A stretch of 64,000 bases of DNA from Cyanophyceae cyanobacterium (GTDB taxonomy: Bacteria > Cyanobacteriota > Cyanobacteriia > Cyanobacteriales > Laspinemataceae). Positions within the stretch are counted from its first letter, which is position 1. Each line of letters opens with the position of its first letter. The DNA is taken from positions 32,001 through 96,000 of the forward strand of contig JBBQFN010000006.1 of NCBI GenBank assembly GCA_038321985.1, read 5' to 3'. Both the position numbers and the translations under genes were made by a program. The notes beneath the pieces were generated by a model that worked only from the letters and a program-made list of their open reading frames with translations, was not told the origin of the DNA and did no database searches. Below, piece after piece: positions 1 to 10,235 of the stretch.

Positions 1-322
1 GGAGTTGTCTAAAATCTCAACCGCTTGGCTGAGCCCTATGAATTTATAACTATATTGTTTGGTTAACTCCGATTAGGCATTTAATTTTTCTGGACCGATC
101 AGGGGGTTCGGGTGGCGGTTAGTCAGCTGGCACAATCTCTGGAAAATGATTTTATGGTTTAGCCCATAGGTAATTTACCGGCATTTGGCACTTTTGCCGG
201 CAGATTGCGGACAGAATCGGTAAAATTATCTCATCTAATTTTGAGTGGGGCATTACTTTTAGCTTACCGAGGCTGAAATATCGGGCTTGACTGATTTCCA
301 TTCATCCACTTTTTTTAATATT

Positions 323-931
323 ATGCTCGATTGGATTACGGACACCATCGCTACCTTTAATTACTGGGGAATTGCTCTGTTGATGCTGCTGGAGAACATT
401 ATTCCTCCAATTCCTTCAGAACTGATTATGCCTTTGGCAGGGTTCACAGTCACCCAAGAGAAACTAACTTTTTTTGGAGTGGTAGTTGCCGGAACAATTG
501 GTTCACTACTGGGTGCATTGCCTTGGTATTACGTCAGTAGACGAATAGGCGAAAAACAATTAAAAAAATGGATTGATCGGTATGGTAAATGGGTAACCTT
601 ATCGAGTGAAGACATCAATAAATCCCAGGTATGGTTTAACAAATATGGTGGGATCGTTGTTTTATTTGGACGATTAATTCCAGGCATTCGCACCTTCGTT
701 TCTGTTCCTGCCGGGTTGCAAAAAATGCCTTGGATTCAGTTCTTGCTGTATTCCTTAGTTGGAACGCTATCCTGGAATATCTTACTCACTTATGCAGGTT
801 TTCTGCTAGGACAAAATTATCATCTGGTAGAGAAGTTTTTAGGCCCGGTTGCTGGGGTTGTGTTGGTTAGTTTAGGAGTTTTATTCGTCCTTTGGATAAT
901 CATAAGACGGAAGAACCAAGAGAAGTATTAG
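323..931 (+). CDS. DedA family membrane protein
   Basis: Motifs ENIIPPIPSELIMPLAGF and GRLIPGIRTFVSVPAG. ATG at 323 (MLDWI) preferred over the track's TTG at 287. Confidence 0.92.
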   Translation: MLDWITDTIATFNYWGIALLMLLENIIPPIPSELIMPLAGFTVTQEKLTFFGVVVAGTIGSLLGALPWYYVSRRIGEKQLKKWIDRYGKWVTLSSEDINKSQVWFNKYGGIVVLFGRLIPGIRTFVSVPAGLQKMPWIQFLLYSLVGTLSWNILLTYAGFLLGQNYHLVEKFLGPVAGVVLVSLGVLFVLWIIIRRKNQEKY

Positions 932-1049
932 CCAAATTTTTGTCACCGTCCTAAGTCTATGAGGGGGATTCAGCACTGTAAACGAGGTTAAAAATAGGTG
1001 GTCTTCTCAACTCGTACTAGAGATTTGAGGCTTCTGTACCCTTAAAATT

Positions 1050-2318
1050 TTAAGAGTGTCCGTTGCCTTGAATGATATGTTTAATAGTGGTCAAACTTTC
1101 TAGGCCAATTAACCCTCGGCGATGACCTTTTTGGTTAGACATTCCCAGAAAAATGGCGTCTCCCTGTTTGGGGTAGCGGTAAAACCGGGGGGAAGCATTG
1201 ATATAGGTTGAAGCGCTGTTGACGCCTACCCCAAATTGAGCACTTTCCAGATAGGATTCGGTGACGATACAATCGGCATGGCCGCTGCTGTATTGATTGA
1301 TCCAGGCGATCGCAGTTTCGAGATTATCCACTACCTTAAAGGCCACGATTTTGGTTAAATAGGCGGAGGACCATTCCGATTCTTCTACCTTTTTTAACTC
1401 GGGAAACTCTTCACTGAGTAGGCTATCCACCCGAATTTCAAACCCTTTGTCCTGCAAGCTGTTAAATAGCATTGCCAAGGAAGAGGGTTTTTGATTCCGA
1501 TGAATTAGGACTTTTTCGATCGCGTTGACGGGATCAGGTTCACTTTGATGGGAGTCTTGAATCGTCCAGCGGGCTAAATCCATACTCCCGCTTGGGGACC
1601 AATACAGATAACAGTTTCCCATCCCGGTTTTGAGTACGGGTGCCGTTGCTTGTCGAATCACCTGCTGGACGAGACTAGGGCGACCATAGGGGATGACTAA
1701 GTTAATATATTTATCCTGGCGGACTAAATCGCGGGTAGAAATGCCCATTTCAGCAGGAATCATTTCTAGACATCCTTCTGGCATTCCCACTTTAAACAAG
1801 GCTCTTTGCAAGGCATCGGCGATCGCGGCGTTAGAGTGAGCCGCATACATTCCGCCTTTAAGAATCAAACAGTTCCCTGTCTTGACGCACAGTCCAGCGG
1901 CGATCGCTCCTAAATCGGGTAGCGCTTCATAGACTAAAGCAATCACCCCTAATGGCATTAACTGGCAGTAGGATTGAGACCCTTCCACTTGATAGGACGC
2001 ATTCATCACCCGGCGCATGGGGTCCGACAACTCGGCCAACCGTTGCAGAATTTGGACCGTTGTCTGGATTCGTTCTGGCGTCAACTTGAGCCACTCCAGA
2101 ATCAAGTCGGGAACCGCCATTTCCCGGGAGGCTTCCAAATCAAGGGTATTGGCTTCTAAAATCTCATCGGAGGCTTCTTTAAGGGATTTTGCCATCCCCT
2201 CCAAAGCGCGGGTTCGGTCATAGCTGGAAGTCTGCGCCATTATCAAAGAAGCTTGATAGACGTTCTCAACGACAGCCATTGCATCGGGATTTGAGGGAAA
2301 AGAAGAATCTGTTGTCAT
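1050..2318 (-). CDS. proA: Gamma-glutamyl phosphate reductase-like protein (divergent ProA paralogue)
   Basis: Motifs PLGVIALVYE, GNCLILKGG, IPYGRPSLV, YSSGHADCIVT, YINASPRF. Catalytic Cys appears absent (PDPVNAIE). Confidence 0.85.
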   Translation of the reverse strand: MTTDSSFPSNPDAMAVVENVYQASLIMAQTSSYDRTRALEGMAKSLKEASDEILEANTLDLEASREMAVPDLILEWLKLTPERIQTTVQILQRLAELSDPMRRVMNASYQVEGSQSYCQLMPLGVIALVYEALPDLGAIAAGLCVKTGNCLILKGGMYAAHSNAAIADALQRALFKVGMPEGCLEMIPAEMGISTRDLVRQDKYINLVIPYGRPSLVQQVIRQATAPVLKTGMGNCYLYWSPSGSMDLARWTIQDSHQSEPDPVNAIEKVLIHRNQKPSSLAMLFNSLQDKGFEIRVDSLLSEEFPELKKVEESEWSSAYLTKIVAFKVVDNLETAIAWINQYSSGHADCIVTESYLESAQFGVGVNSASTYINASPRFYRYPKQGDAIFLGMSNQKGHRRGLIGLESLTTIKHIIQGNGHS

Positions 2319-2327
2319 GGAGCTAAC

Positions 2328-2735
2328 CTATCGCCTGTAAGCCAACCACACCATTAGGGCTGGCAAGGTTGCCAGCAACACCGCTAAAATGACCCAGGGG
2401 ATCACGCTTGGGCCTAGGGGTAAACCCAAAACGTAGGGTAACCAGAATACCACTAGGCCAATGACAATGACTAGGGATACAGGTAAATAGCTCTCCCGCA
2501 ATCGGGTATTTGCCACGGACCACTGATTGCCGTTCCAGTTCCAACGCCGTTTATAAGGGGAGTTGGTGGGGAGTTGCTCAATCCCCTGTGCATCTTCGGT
2601 GACCACAAAAATATTTTGACACCGATCGCAGCCTAAGGCTTCTGTCAGGGCGATCGGCACTAAACGCCCCCGTCGCCTACATGGACAGGGGTATTCTGCA
2701 TTTAGGTCAATTTTCTGGGATTTCTGAGAGGGCAC
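2328..2735 (-). CDS. Hypothetical membrane protein with CPC/CxxC Zn-ribbon-like N-terminus and two C-terminal TM helices
   Basis: YPCPC...CDRCQ followed by two hydrophobic segments. Lies 9 bp upstream of proA-like gene, same strand. Confidence 0.7.
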   Translation of the reverse strand: MPSQKSQKIDLNAEYPCPCRRRGRLVPIALTEALGCDRCQNIFVVTEDAQGIEQLPTNSPYKRRWNWNGNQWSVANTRLRESYLPVSLVIVIGLVVFWLPYVLGLPLGPSVIPWVILAVLLATLPALMVWLAYRR

Positions 2736-3186
2736 AAGCGCTAATCAATAAAAATTCCACGACTTTACATAGACTTGCCAACCTTTGCGATCGGTTCTTG
2801 TTGGCGATCGCCTGGAAATTTTGACAGCTTATGATATTGAGTTTGATACTACTTTTTCCGGTTTAGGATCACACGAATGATTGTAGCATTGGGGAGTTTT
2901 CATCACCCCTAAGTTATATGCCCGGATCTTAACATCGTTTGTTAATTTGAGCAGTCGCCTAACATCAAAACCGGCACTCCGGCTTTAAACTGGCTCACCG
3001 CCTCGGGCATCATGATTCTCCCCTCACAGGGCAGCCAGAAAACCCGGTTCTCAGTTTCCAGGGGCCCGAGCTCAAAATAGGAGGTTTGGGTTTGATCCCA
3101 TACCTAATTCAACAAAATCCCAAGTGATTAGGACCGTTTAAACGGTCGCCTTTGGGTTCCTGTTTTGTTTATGTCTGCTTTATTAA

Positions 3187-3258
3187 AGCGGGTAACGCGA
3201 TTCGAACGCGCGACATTCACCTTGGCAAGGTGACGCTCTACCACTGAGCTATACCCGC
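3187..3258 (-). tRNA. tRNA-Gly(GCC), CCA not encoded
   Basis: Reverse complement GCGGGTATAGCTCAGTGGTAGAGCGTCACCTTGCCAAGGTGAATGTCGCGCGTTCGAATCGCGTTACCCGCT folds into a cloverleaf with GCC anticodon and TTCGAA T-loop. Confidence 0.97.
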
Positions 3259-3368
3259 AAATTCATTACTTTATTAGTATCTCAGATTACTCAGGATTTT
3301 GTCAAGGCGATCGCCCAAAAATTTTTTGAGCGACGCAAACAGCCTGGAAACCACCAGCCGCCGTCACT

Positions 3369-3971
3369 TTAGCCCAGTTCTTCATCCCGAGAAACTTCGA
3401 TCGCCCGAGGTGGTTTTAAACCCGAGGCTGGTAACCCGCGATCGCCCGAGGCTAAGACAGCGGAGTGGGTTGGACTCGATTCCGGAGCGGTGATCTGATT
3501 TAGGCCCCGCATTAACGTCGCCATTTCGATCGCATTCATCCCATAGTCCCAACCCTTGTTGCTCTTAATCCCAGCCCGTTCCAGAGCTTGTTGCATGGTA
3601 TCAGCAGTGAGCAAGCCAAAAATTACTGGCACCCCCGTCTGATATCCAGCCGCTGCAATCCCTTTCGAGACTTCCGAGGCCACATAATCAAAATGAGGCG
3701 TCTGACCTCGAATCACCGCACCCAGGCAAATTACGGCATCATAGCGCCGAGAAACGGCCAGTTGACGAGCCACAATGGGTATCTCAAAACTTCCAGGGAT
3801 CCAAACATAATCTACCTGAGTACCCTCGGGATTTACATCCACACCGTGGCGCTTCAGAGCATCTTGACATCCCTCTAACAGTTTGCCCACAATCAAATCG
3901 TTGAAGCGACTGATCACGATCGCAAAGCGCAAGCCTTCAGTCTGGGTAAACGTTCCCTCAAAAACGGCCAT
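3369..3971 (-). CDS. ribH: 6,7-dimethyl-8-ribityllumazine synthase
   Basis: Motifs [37 protein letters not shown]. Confidence 0.97.
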   Translation of the reverse strand: MAVFEGTFTQTEGLRFAIVISRFNDLIVGKLLEGCQDALKRHGVDVNPEGTQVDYVWIPGSFEIPIVARQLAVSRRYDAVICLGAVIRGQTPHFDYVASEVSKGIAAAGYQTGVPVIFGLLTADTMQQALERAGIKSNKGWDYGMNAIEMATLMRGLNQITAPESSPTHSAVLASGDRGLPASGLKPPRAIEVSRDEELG

Positions 3972-4042
3972 ATCAGTTTTAGATCTAATTGATTATCGAT
4001 AATTTTGTCGGGGTAAGCGCTGGTGCTCCCCTGGTGAAAACA

Positions 4043-4118
4043 GTGATCGGGGATCGAAAGGGCAAAAGACCATCAGGACAAAGCGGATCGCCCATTGAAC
4101 CTTTCGATCGCTGACCAC
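4043..4118. repeat. Imperfect inverted repeat (stem-loop) between psbZ and ribH
   Basis: GTGATCGGGGATCGAAAGG pairs with CCTTTCGATCGCTGACCAC. Confidence 0.55.
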
Positions 4119-4128
4119 AACTGAGGGC

Positions 4129-4317
4129 TTATACCACCAAAAAGTTTAAAACTCCCACCAGAATCACTAGAGCAAACCAAACTCCGGAACCAATGTACAG
4201 CAGGGGTTTAGATTGCGCCCAGTTTTGGGGAGAGGCATAAGCGACAGGGACGCCGACGACCATCACAAAAGACAAGAAAACCAGAGCGGCAAGAGCCAGT
4301 TGAAAAATAATTGTCAT
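4129..4317 (-). CDS. psbZ: Photosystem II reaction centre protein Z
   Basis: 62 aa, two TM helices, FQLALAAL...[14 protein letters not shown]. Sits next to ribH as usual in cyanobacteria. Confidence 0.97.
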   Translation of the reverse strand: MTIIFQLALAALVFLSFVMVVGVPVAYASPQNWAQSKPLLYIGSGVWFALVILVGVLNFLVV

Positions 4318-4512
4318 TTTTTTTTCTTCCTTTGACAGCAGTGGCCTAGATAATTAGGGTTCAAACTAGAGCAGACTAAAGTTAATTAGTTGCGCTGATT
4401 CTTACGCTACCAAAAAATGACCCGCTCTCATAGAGGTAAAAGCGGCTTTCTTGCTGCAAGGACCTTTGCTTCATTCCCTAATCTCTCCCATCCCCACCCC
4501 ATAAATAGAAAA

Positions 4513-7365
4513 ATGGACATTATTTTGTGTCATACCACGGCAGATTTCGATACGTTGGGGGCCGCTGTGGGACTGACACGGTTGTTACCTGGAAGTCGAA
4601 TTGTACTGACTGGAGGCTGCCATCCAGGAGTCCGGCAATTTTTGGCTTTACATCGAGATGAGTACCCGATGATCGAACGGCGCGCGGTAAGTCCTGATCG
4701 GATTCGTTCGGTTACAGTGGTCGATACCCAACAGCGCGATCGCCTGGGTAAGTCAGCGGAATGGTTAGATTTGCCGGTGCCGATTTCGGTTTGGGATCAT
4801 CACCCCAATGCTCACAACGATATCGGTGGCACAGATACTCATGTTGAAGCCCTGGGAGCCACAACCACGGCGATCGTAGAACAGCTACGGCTAAGTTTGG
4901 ACCCTCAGCCGTCAGAGTCACCACCGCAGACACCCCCCCAGAGTTCGGACTCCCCGATTTTGACTGTAGCTGAAGCTACGGTAATGGCCCTGGGTATTCA
5001 TGTCGATACGGGTTCCCTAACCTTTGACCATACGACCCCACGAGATGCGATCGCCTTGGCTTGGTTAATGGAGCAAGGCGCTTCCTTATCGGTGATTGCT
5101 GAATATATCGAACCGGGATTATCTCCGAGGCTGCAAGACTTACTCACCACAGCATTAGACACCCTACAAACCGAAACCATCCAGGGACATCCCGTTTCCA
5201 CGGTGCTGCTGGAGACAAACGACTACATTGCTGGGTTATCCAGTGTCGCGGCTCAAATTATGGAGATTACAGACACCGAGGCCCTGCTGTTAGGAAATCG
5301 CTATCCCATTAAAGGATCCGAGGAACAGCGACTGATTGTAATTGGGCGATCGCGCATTGGGGGGACCAATCTTCAAACCTTATTCACCCCGTGGGGTGGC
5401 GGTGGACATCCCCGTGCCAGTTCCGTCAGTTTGCGTTTGAGCGATCCCAGGGCTACCTTTTATCAAGTCCTAGAAGAATTCACACAACAGATTCCTCATC
5501 AACCTGTTGCGCGAGAATTAATGTCCTCTCCGGTGCGGACTATTCGGCCCGAAACCACCATTGATGAAGCCCGCCGGATTCTGTTGCGCTACGGTCATTC
5601 GGGCTTAGCGGTGGTTAATGAAGGGGGAACTCTGGTCGGGGTGATCTGCCGTCGTGACCTCGATATTGCCCTACATCATGGATTAGGTCATGCCCCAGTG
5701 AAAGGCTACATGAGCAGCAACGTCAGAACGATCGCCCCGGATGCTCCCTTACCGGAGATTGAGGACTTAATGGTTACCTATGATATCGGACGATTGCCCG
5801 TGTTATTCCAGGGAGAATTACAGGGGATTGTCACCCGCACCGATGTGTTGAGACAACTGCATCAGGATAGTGCGATCGGCTCCCAGAGCAATTTGAGTGG
5901 AAATCCGCTGTATTGTCCGTTACCTCGGGAAATGGTTTCTCTCCTGGGCGATCGCCTGGCACCGCAACAGATGGCCCTCCTCGACTGCGCCGCCCAACTT
6001 GCCGAACAACGGGGTTGGCACCTTTATCTGGTGGGTGGAGCCGTCCGGGACTTACTCTGGGCAACCTACCGGGCTGAAAGCAACCCAGGGGTTAGATCTC
6101 CAGAGGAGACATCCAGACTTGAAGAAGGCGATCGCCCACCCGTCCTCCTTACGGACATTGATCTGGTCGTGGATGGGTCCGCCCAGGGTGCCGATGACGC
6201 GGCAGGTGTAGAACTCGCTGAAAACCTCCAAAGACTTTATCCCAATGCTCGTTTAGACATTCACGGTCAATTTCAAACCGCTGCACTGTTGTGGCATAAA
6301 GATCCAGATTTAGATTCCCTGTGGGTCGATATTGCCACGGCACGAACCGAATTTTATCCCTATCCTGCCGCTAACCCAGAAGTGGAAGCCTCCTCAATTC
6401 GCCAAGACCTCTACCGCCGAGATTTTACCCTGAATGCCCTAGCCGTGAGACTCACCGGGCCCAATCGGCGCGGTGAAATTTTGGATTTCTTTGGGGGATG
6501 GTTGGATTTGCAGGCGGGCCGGATTCGGGTGTTACACGCCAATAGTTTTATTGAGGACCCGACGCGGATTTATCGGGCGGTTCGGTTTGCCGTGCGTTTG
6601 GGATTTGAGATTGAACCCCAGACCCAAGGATATATTCGGCTGGCAATGGAGAGTGGGGTTTACCTGCGATCGCCTTTTGCAACTCGTCGCGTTCCCGCCT
6701 TGGAAACCCGTCTGAAAACCGAACTTAAATATATTTTACAAGCACCCTACTGGCAACGGGCATTGCAATTACTCGATTCCTTTGATGCCCTGCGCTGCAT
6801 CCATCCCACCTTAAAATTAGACCAGGATTTATGGCGACAACTCAGACGGGTCGATCGCTGGATTCGGCAGATTCAAAGGACCGTGAATATAGCAGAATCC
6901 CCTCTAAAAACTCTCCCAGAATCCTGGCAGATTCGTTTAGAACTGCTGATTGCTCATTTGGAGCCGGAATTTCGGGGGGAAGTTGCCAGAAATCTGCAAA
7001 TGAGTAGTGATAGTATTGAGCGCTTAGAAGAATTAGAGAGCACCTCAGCCGTAGTGACTTCCCTAAGCCAGACAGAACGGCCCAGTCAGGTAGTCCGATT
7101 GTTAAGAGGTTATAACGTTCCCATGTTGATGGCGATCTCTCTCATCAGTCCGAAAGCTGTAAGGCGGCGAATTTGGGAGTATATTCAGCACTGGATAGAT
7201 GCCAAACCCCTACTCAACGGCAACGACCTCAAAACCCTCGGTTACAAACCCGGTTCTCACTTTAAGGCCATTTTAGGCCGACTGCTAGCCGCCACCCTAG
7301 ATGGCGAAATCCACAGCCGCTCTGATGCTGAGGCTTTTTTAGCCCAACATTTTCCCCGGGGGTAA
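4513..7365 (+). CDS. DHH-CBS-class II nucleotidyltransferase (probable A-adding tRNA nucleotidyltransferase)
   Basis: ADFD, DHH and GGGGH (DHH/DHHA1), two CBS domains, then VGGAVRD, DIDLV, RRDFTLNA, EDPTRIYRA. ATG at 4513 (MDIILCH) is the likely start. Confidence 0.9.
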   Translation: MDIILCHTTADFDTLGAAVGLTRLLPGSRIVLTGGCHPGVRQFLALHRDEYPMIERRAVSPDRIRSVTVVDTQQRDRLGKSAEWLDLPVPISVWDHHPNAHNDIGGTDTHVEALGATTTAIVEQLRLSLDPQPSESPPQTPPQSSDSPILTVAEATVMALGIHVDTGSLTFDHTTPRDAIALAWLMEQGASLSVIAEYIEPGLSPRLQDLLTTALDTLQTETIQGHPVSTVLLETNDYIAGLSSVAAQIMEITDTEALLLGNRYPIKGSEEQRLIVIGRSRIGGTNLQTLFTPWGGGGHPRASSVSLRLSDPRATFYQVLEEFTQQIPHQPVARELMSSPVRTIRPETTIDEARRILLRYGHSGLAVVNEGGTLVGVICRRDLDIALHHGLGHAPVKGYMSSNVRTIAPDAPLPEIEDLMVTYDIGRLPVLFQGELQGIVTRTDVLRQLHQDSAIGSQSNLSGNPLYCPLPREMVSLLGDRLAPQQMALLDCAAQLAEQRGWHLYLVGGAVRDLLWATYRAESNPGVRSPEETSRLEEGDRPPVLLTDIDLVVDGSAQGADDAAGVELAENLQRLYPNARLDIHGQFQTAALLWHKDPDLDSLWVDIATARTEFYPYPAANPEVEASSIRQDLYRRDFTLNALAVRLTGPNRRGEILDFFGGWLDLQAGRIRVLHANSFIEDPTRIYRAVRFAVRLGFEIEPQTQGYIRLAMESGVYLRSPFATRRVPALETRLKTELKYILQAPYWQRALQLLDSFDALRCIHPTLKLDQDLWRQLRRVDRWIRQIQRTVNIAESPLKTLPESWQIRLELLIAHLEPEFRGEVARNLQMSSDSIERLEELESTSAVVTSLSQTERPSQVVRLLRGYNVPMLMAISLISPKAVRRRIWEYIQHWIDAKPLLNGNDLKTLGYKPGSHFKAILGRLLAATLDGEIHSRSDAEAFLAQHFPRG

Positions 7366-7401
7366 CTGCACTGCCGCCAACCTTGACGGTGAACCCTAAA
7401 G

Positions 7402-7429
7402 GTAGGGGCGATTCATAAATCTGCTCTAC
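7402..7429. repeat. Degenerate GTAG-type REP-like palindrome
   Basis: GTAGGGGCGATTCATAAATCTGCTCTAC: GTAG...CTAC ends with an imperfect stem. Confidence 0.45.
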
Positions 7430-7539
7430 AACAGGCACAGCTTAACCCAAGAGATTTTCAATTCACACAATCAAAAGGGTTCGGTTTTGGGAAGATCTAG
7501 ATACAGCTTTCCTTGCTAACCTTCTACCACCAAATCACT

Positions 7540-8889
7540 ATGGATGCTAACGAACTGCTGAAGCGGTATGCAGCAGGAGAAAGGGATTTTCGGGGTGCCA
7601 ACCTAGTCCGTGCTGACTTGATGTTTGCTGAACTCAGTCTGGCGGATTTATACGATGCCGACCTAAGTTGTGCTGACTTGTTTGAAGCCAAACTCAGTGG
7701 CATCAAACTCAGTGGAGCCAATTTAGAAAATGCTCACCTCAGCCGTGCAGATTTAAGTAACGGTAAGCTTTTTGGGGCTCGATTAAGTTATGCTGACCTC
7801 AGCCGTGCCGATTTGTTTCGGGCCGATTTATTTCGGGCCGAACTCAGCGATGCCGACCTACACCGGGCCAATCTCACCCGTGCCGACCTCAGTGGAGCCA
7901 ACCTGACTCGTGCTAATTTGAATGAAGCGAACCTTAGTCAAGCCAACTTAAGCGATAGTAATCTTTCTTTTGCCAGCCTCAATAATGCCAAGCTGAATGG
8001 CGCTAAACTGAATGGGGCAAATCTGAGTGAAGCTCGACTCTTTGATAGTGACCTCACCGGGGCTAAATTAGAAAAAGCAGACCTTAGAAATGCCGAACTA
8101 TTCACGGCCAAATTAATCGAAGCAAATTTACTAGAAGCCGACTTACGCAACACAAAATTTAGTGAAGCCAATTTAAGCAAAGCCAAGCTAGATGGGACCA
8201 ACCTCTCTGGAAGTAATCTGAGTCGTACAAACTTGAGTGAAGCGAGTTTGATGCAAGCAAACTTGACTGAAGCAAACTTAAGTGAAGCCACATTGCGGAA
8301 GGCGAACCTCAGCGGGGTCAAATTGTGCGATGCTAATCTGAGTCGTGCAAATCTCAGTGAAGCGAATTTAGTAGGAGCGGATCTCTCAAGTCCCAAGAAA
8401 GATGCGATCGCCGAGCGGTCTGTCTCCCTCAAACACAAAAAATCCGTCATGCTTGGCCGTGATCCCAGCGTCTCCTTACAGCTTTATTCCCCCTTCGTTT
8501 CCCGTCGTCATGCCTCCATTGACATCGAAGAAAGCGGACAATATATTATCCGCGACCATAACAGCACCAATGGCGTCTTCGTCAATGACCAGCAGATCGA
8601 TGAATCAATGGTCTTACCTGATGGGGCTAGAATTCGGATCGGACCCTTCCTATTAATCCTGGACGGGGATGAGCTTGAATTACAGGATGAGCAGAATCGG
8701 CAACCGACTTCCCTGAGTGAGGCTGATTTAAGTCAGGCAGACTTGCGAAATGCCAACCTCAGTGGAGCCAACTTCTATCGTGCTAATCTCAAAGGTGCCA
8801 ACCTGTTTGGGGCAAACCTCAGCGGCAGCAATCTTAGCCATGCCAACCTCACGGGCGCTACAATGCCAGATGGGTCAATCCATCCCTAG
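7540..8889 (+). CDS. Pentapeptide repeat protein with an internal FHA domain
   Basis: Typical N-cap MDANELLKRYAAGERDF, A(D/N)LxxA repeats, FHA motifs GR...SRRHA...DHNSTNGVFVN, and C-cap GATMPDG. Confidence 0.92.
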   Translation: MDANELLKRYAAGERDFRGANLVRADLMFAELSLADLYDADLSCADLFEAKLSGIKLSGANLENAHLSRADLSNGKLFGARLSYADLSRADLFRADLFRAELSDADLHRANLTRADLSGANLTRANLNEANLSQANLSDSNLSFASLNNAKLNGAKLNGANLSEARLFDSDLTGAKLEKADLRNAELFTAKLIEANLLEADLRNTKFSEANLSKAKLDGTNLSGSNLSRTNLSEASLMQANLTEANLSEATLRKANLSGVKLCDANLSRANLSEANLVGADLSSPKKDAIAERSVSLKHKKSVMLGRDPSVSLQLYSPFVSRRHASIDIEESGQYIIRDHNSTNGVFVNDQQIDESMVLPDGARIRIGPFLLILDGDELELQDEQNRQPTSLSEADLSQADLRNANLSGANFYRANLKGANLFGANLSGSNLSHANLTGATMPDGSIHP

Positions 8890-9073
8890 GGCTTCGGCAC
8901 AGAAGGCAAGAATCGTAGCAGGGGGTTCCACCTTCTGCATTCCGCCTCGATAGTCCTCACTTCCCAACGTTTGTTAAAGTATTTCATTCGGAGTCAAGGA
9001 ATACCTAGCCCGTACCTCTGTGACTCAGGGTGAATGCCCCTCGATCCCGAAACTTCTACTTCTGATTTCTAAA

Positions 9074-10165
9074 ATGCTAAGAGCCGGAATTGTCGGACTT
9101 CCCAATGTGGGAAAATCTACTTTATTTAATGCCCTAGTTGCGAATGCTAAAGCACAAGCGGCTAACTTCCCTTTCTGCACCATCGAACCCAATGTCGGGG
9201 TAGTTGCGGTGCCCGATGAGCGGTTAACGATGCTGTCAAAACTCTCCAAATCAGAGCAAATCGTGCCAACCCGCATTGAGTTTGTGGATATCGCCGGTTT
9301 AGTCAAAGGTGCCAGCAAAGGCGAGGGTCTAGGCAACCAGTTTTTATCCCATATCCGACAAGTAGATGCGATCGTTCAGGTGGTGCGTTGTTTTGACGAT
9401 GAAAATATCATTCACGTCGCCGGTTCGGTGGATCCGGTACGGGATATTGAAATCATTAACTTAGAACTAGCCCTAGCTGATTTAGCACAGATTGAACGGC
9501 GCATGGATCGCACTCGCAAATTAGCGCGCAGCAGTAAAGAGGGTCAAATTGAAATGGCCGCTTTAGAAAAATTAGCGTCAGCCTTGAATGAAGGCAAACA
9601 AGCTCGTCATGTTTCTTTAACCGACGATGAAGCTGAATCTATCCAGCAGTTGGAGTTACTGACCAGTAAACCGATTATTTATGGGGCCAACGTTTCGGAA
9701 GATGACTTAGCCACCGGCAATGAATGGGTAGAAAAAGTCCGAGAAATTGCCGCAGCAGAAAATGCCAAGGTCGTGATCATTTCGGCTCAAGTTGAGTCGG
9801 AACTGGTCGAACTTCCGGAAGAGGAACGAGGGGATTTTCTAGCCTCCCTGGGGGTCGAAGAAGGGGGGTTAAAGTCTCTGATTGCAGCCACTTATCAATT
9901 GTTAGGACTGCGTACGTTTTTAACGACGGGTCCGAAAGAAACTCGGGCTTGGACGATTCGAGAAGGGATGTTAGCCCCCCAAGCTGCGGGGGTGATTCAT
10001 ACGGACTTCGAGCGCGGTTTTATTCGCGCTGAAACCGTTGCATATGGGGATCTCGTTACCACGGGTTCCATGAATGCTGCTAAGGAAAAAGGCTTGATTC
10101 GCAGTGAAGGGAAAGAGTATGTGGTTCAAGAAGGCGATGTAATGCTATTCCGGTTTAATGTTTAA
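9074..10165 (+). CDS. ychF: Redox-regulated ATPase YchF
   Basis: GLPNVGKST, NFPFCTIEPN, DIAGLVKGAS, C-terminal TGS domain ending FRFNV. ATG at 9074. Confidence 0.97.
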   Translation: MLRAGIVGLPNVGKSTLFNALVANAKAQAANFPFCTIEPNVGVVAVPDERLTMLSKLSKSEQIVPTRIEFVDIAGLVKGASKGEGLGNQFLSHIRQVDAIVQVVRCFDDENIIHVAGSVDPVRDIEIINLELALADLAQIERRMDRTRKLARSSKEGQIEMAALEKLASALNEGKQARHVSLTDDEAESIQQLELLTSKPIIYGANVSEDDLATGNEWVEKVREIAAAENAKVVIISAQVESELVELPEEERGDFLASLGVEEGGLKSLIAATYQLLGLRTFLTTGPKETRAWTIREGMLAPQAAGVIHTDFERGFIRAETVAYGDLVTTGSMNAAKEKGLIRSEGKEYVVQEGDVMLFRFNV

Positions 10166-10205
10166 GAGGGTTAAATTGGGGTAGTCGGAAGATATCTCCG
10201 GTTAA

Positions 10206-10228
10206 GGGGTACGGTTAGGTCGTACCCC
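10206..10228. terminator. Hairpin between convergent ychF and lipoprotein gene
   Basis: GGGGTACG-GTTAGGT-CGTACCCC, 8-bp stem. Confidence 0.55.
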
Positions 10229-10235
10229 GGCGGAT

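Noticed and set aside
3187..3258. tRNA as an island integration site
   Set aside because: No integrase or duplicated tRNA 3' end was seen, and the flanks are core genes.
7938..8450. Repetitive antisense ORF (also 25496-25771)
   Set aside because: Reverse-strand echo of pentapeptide codons.
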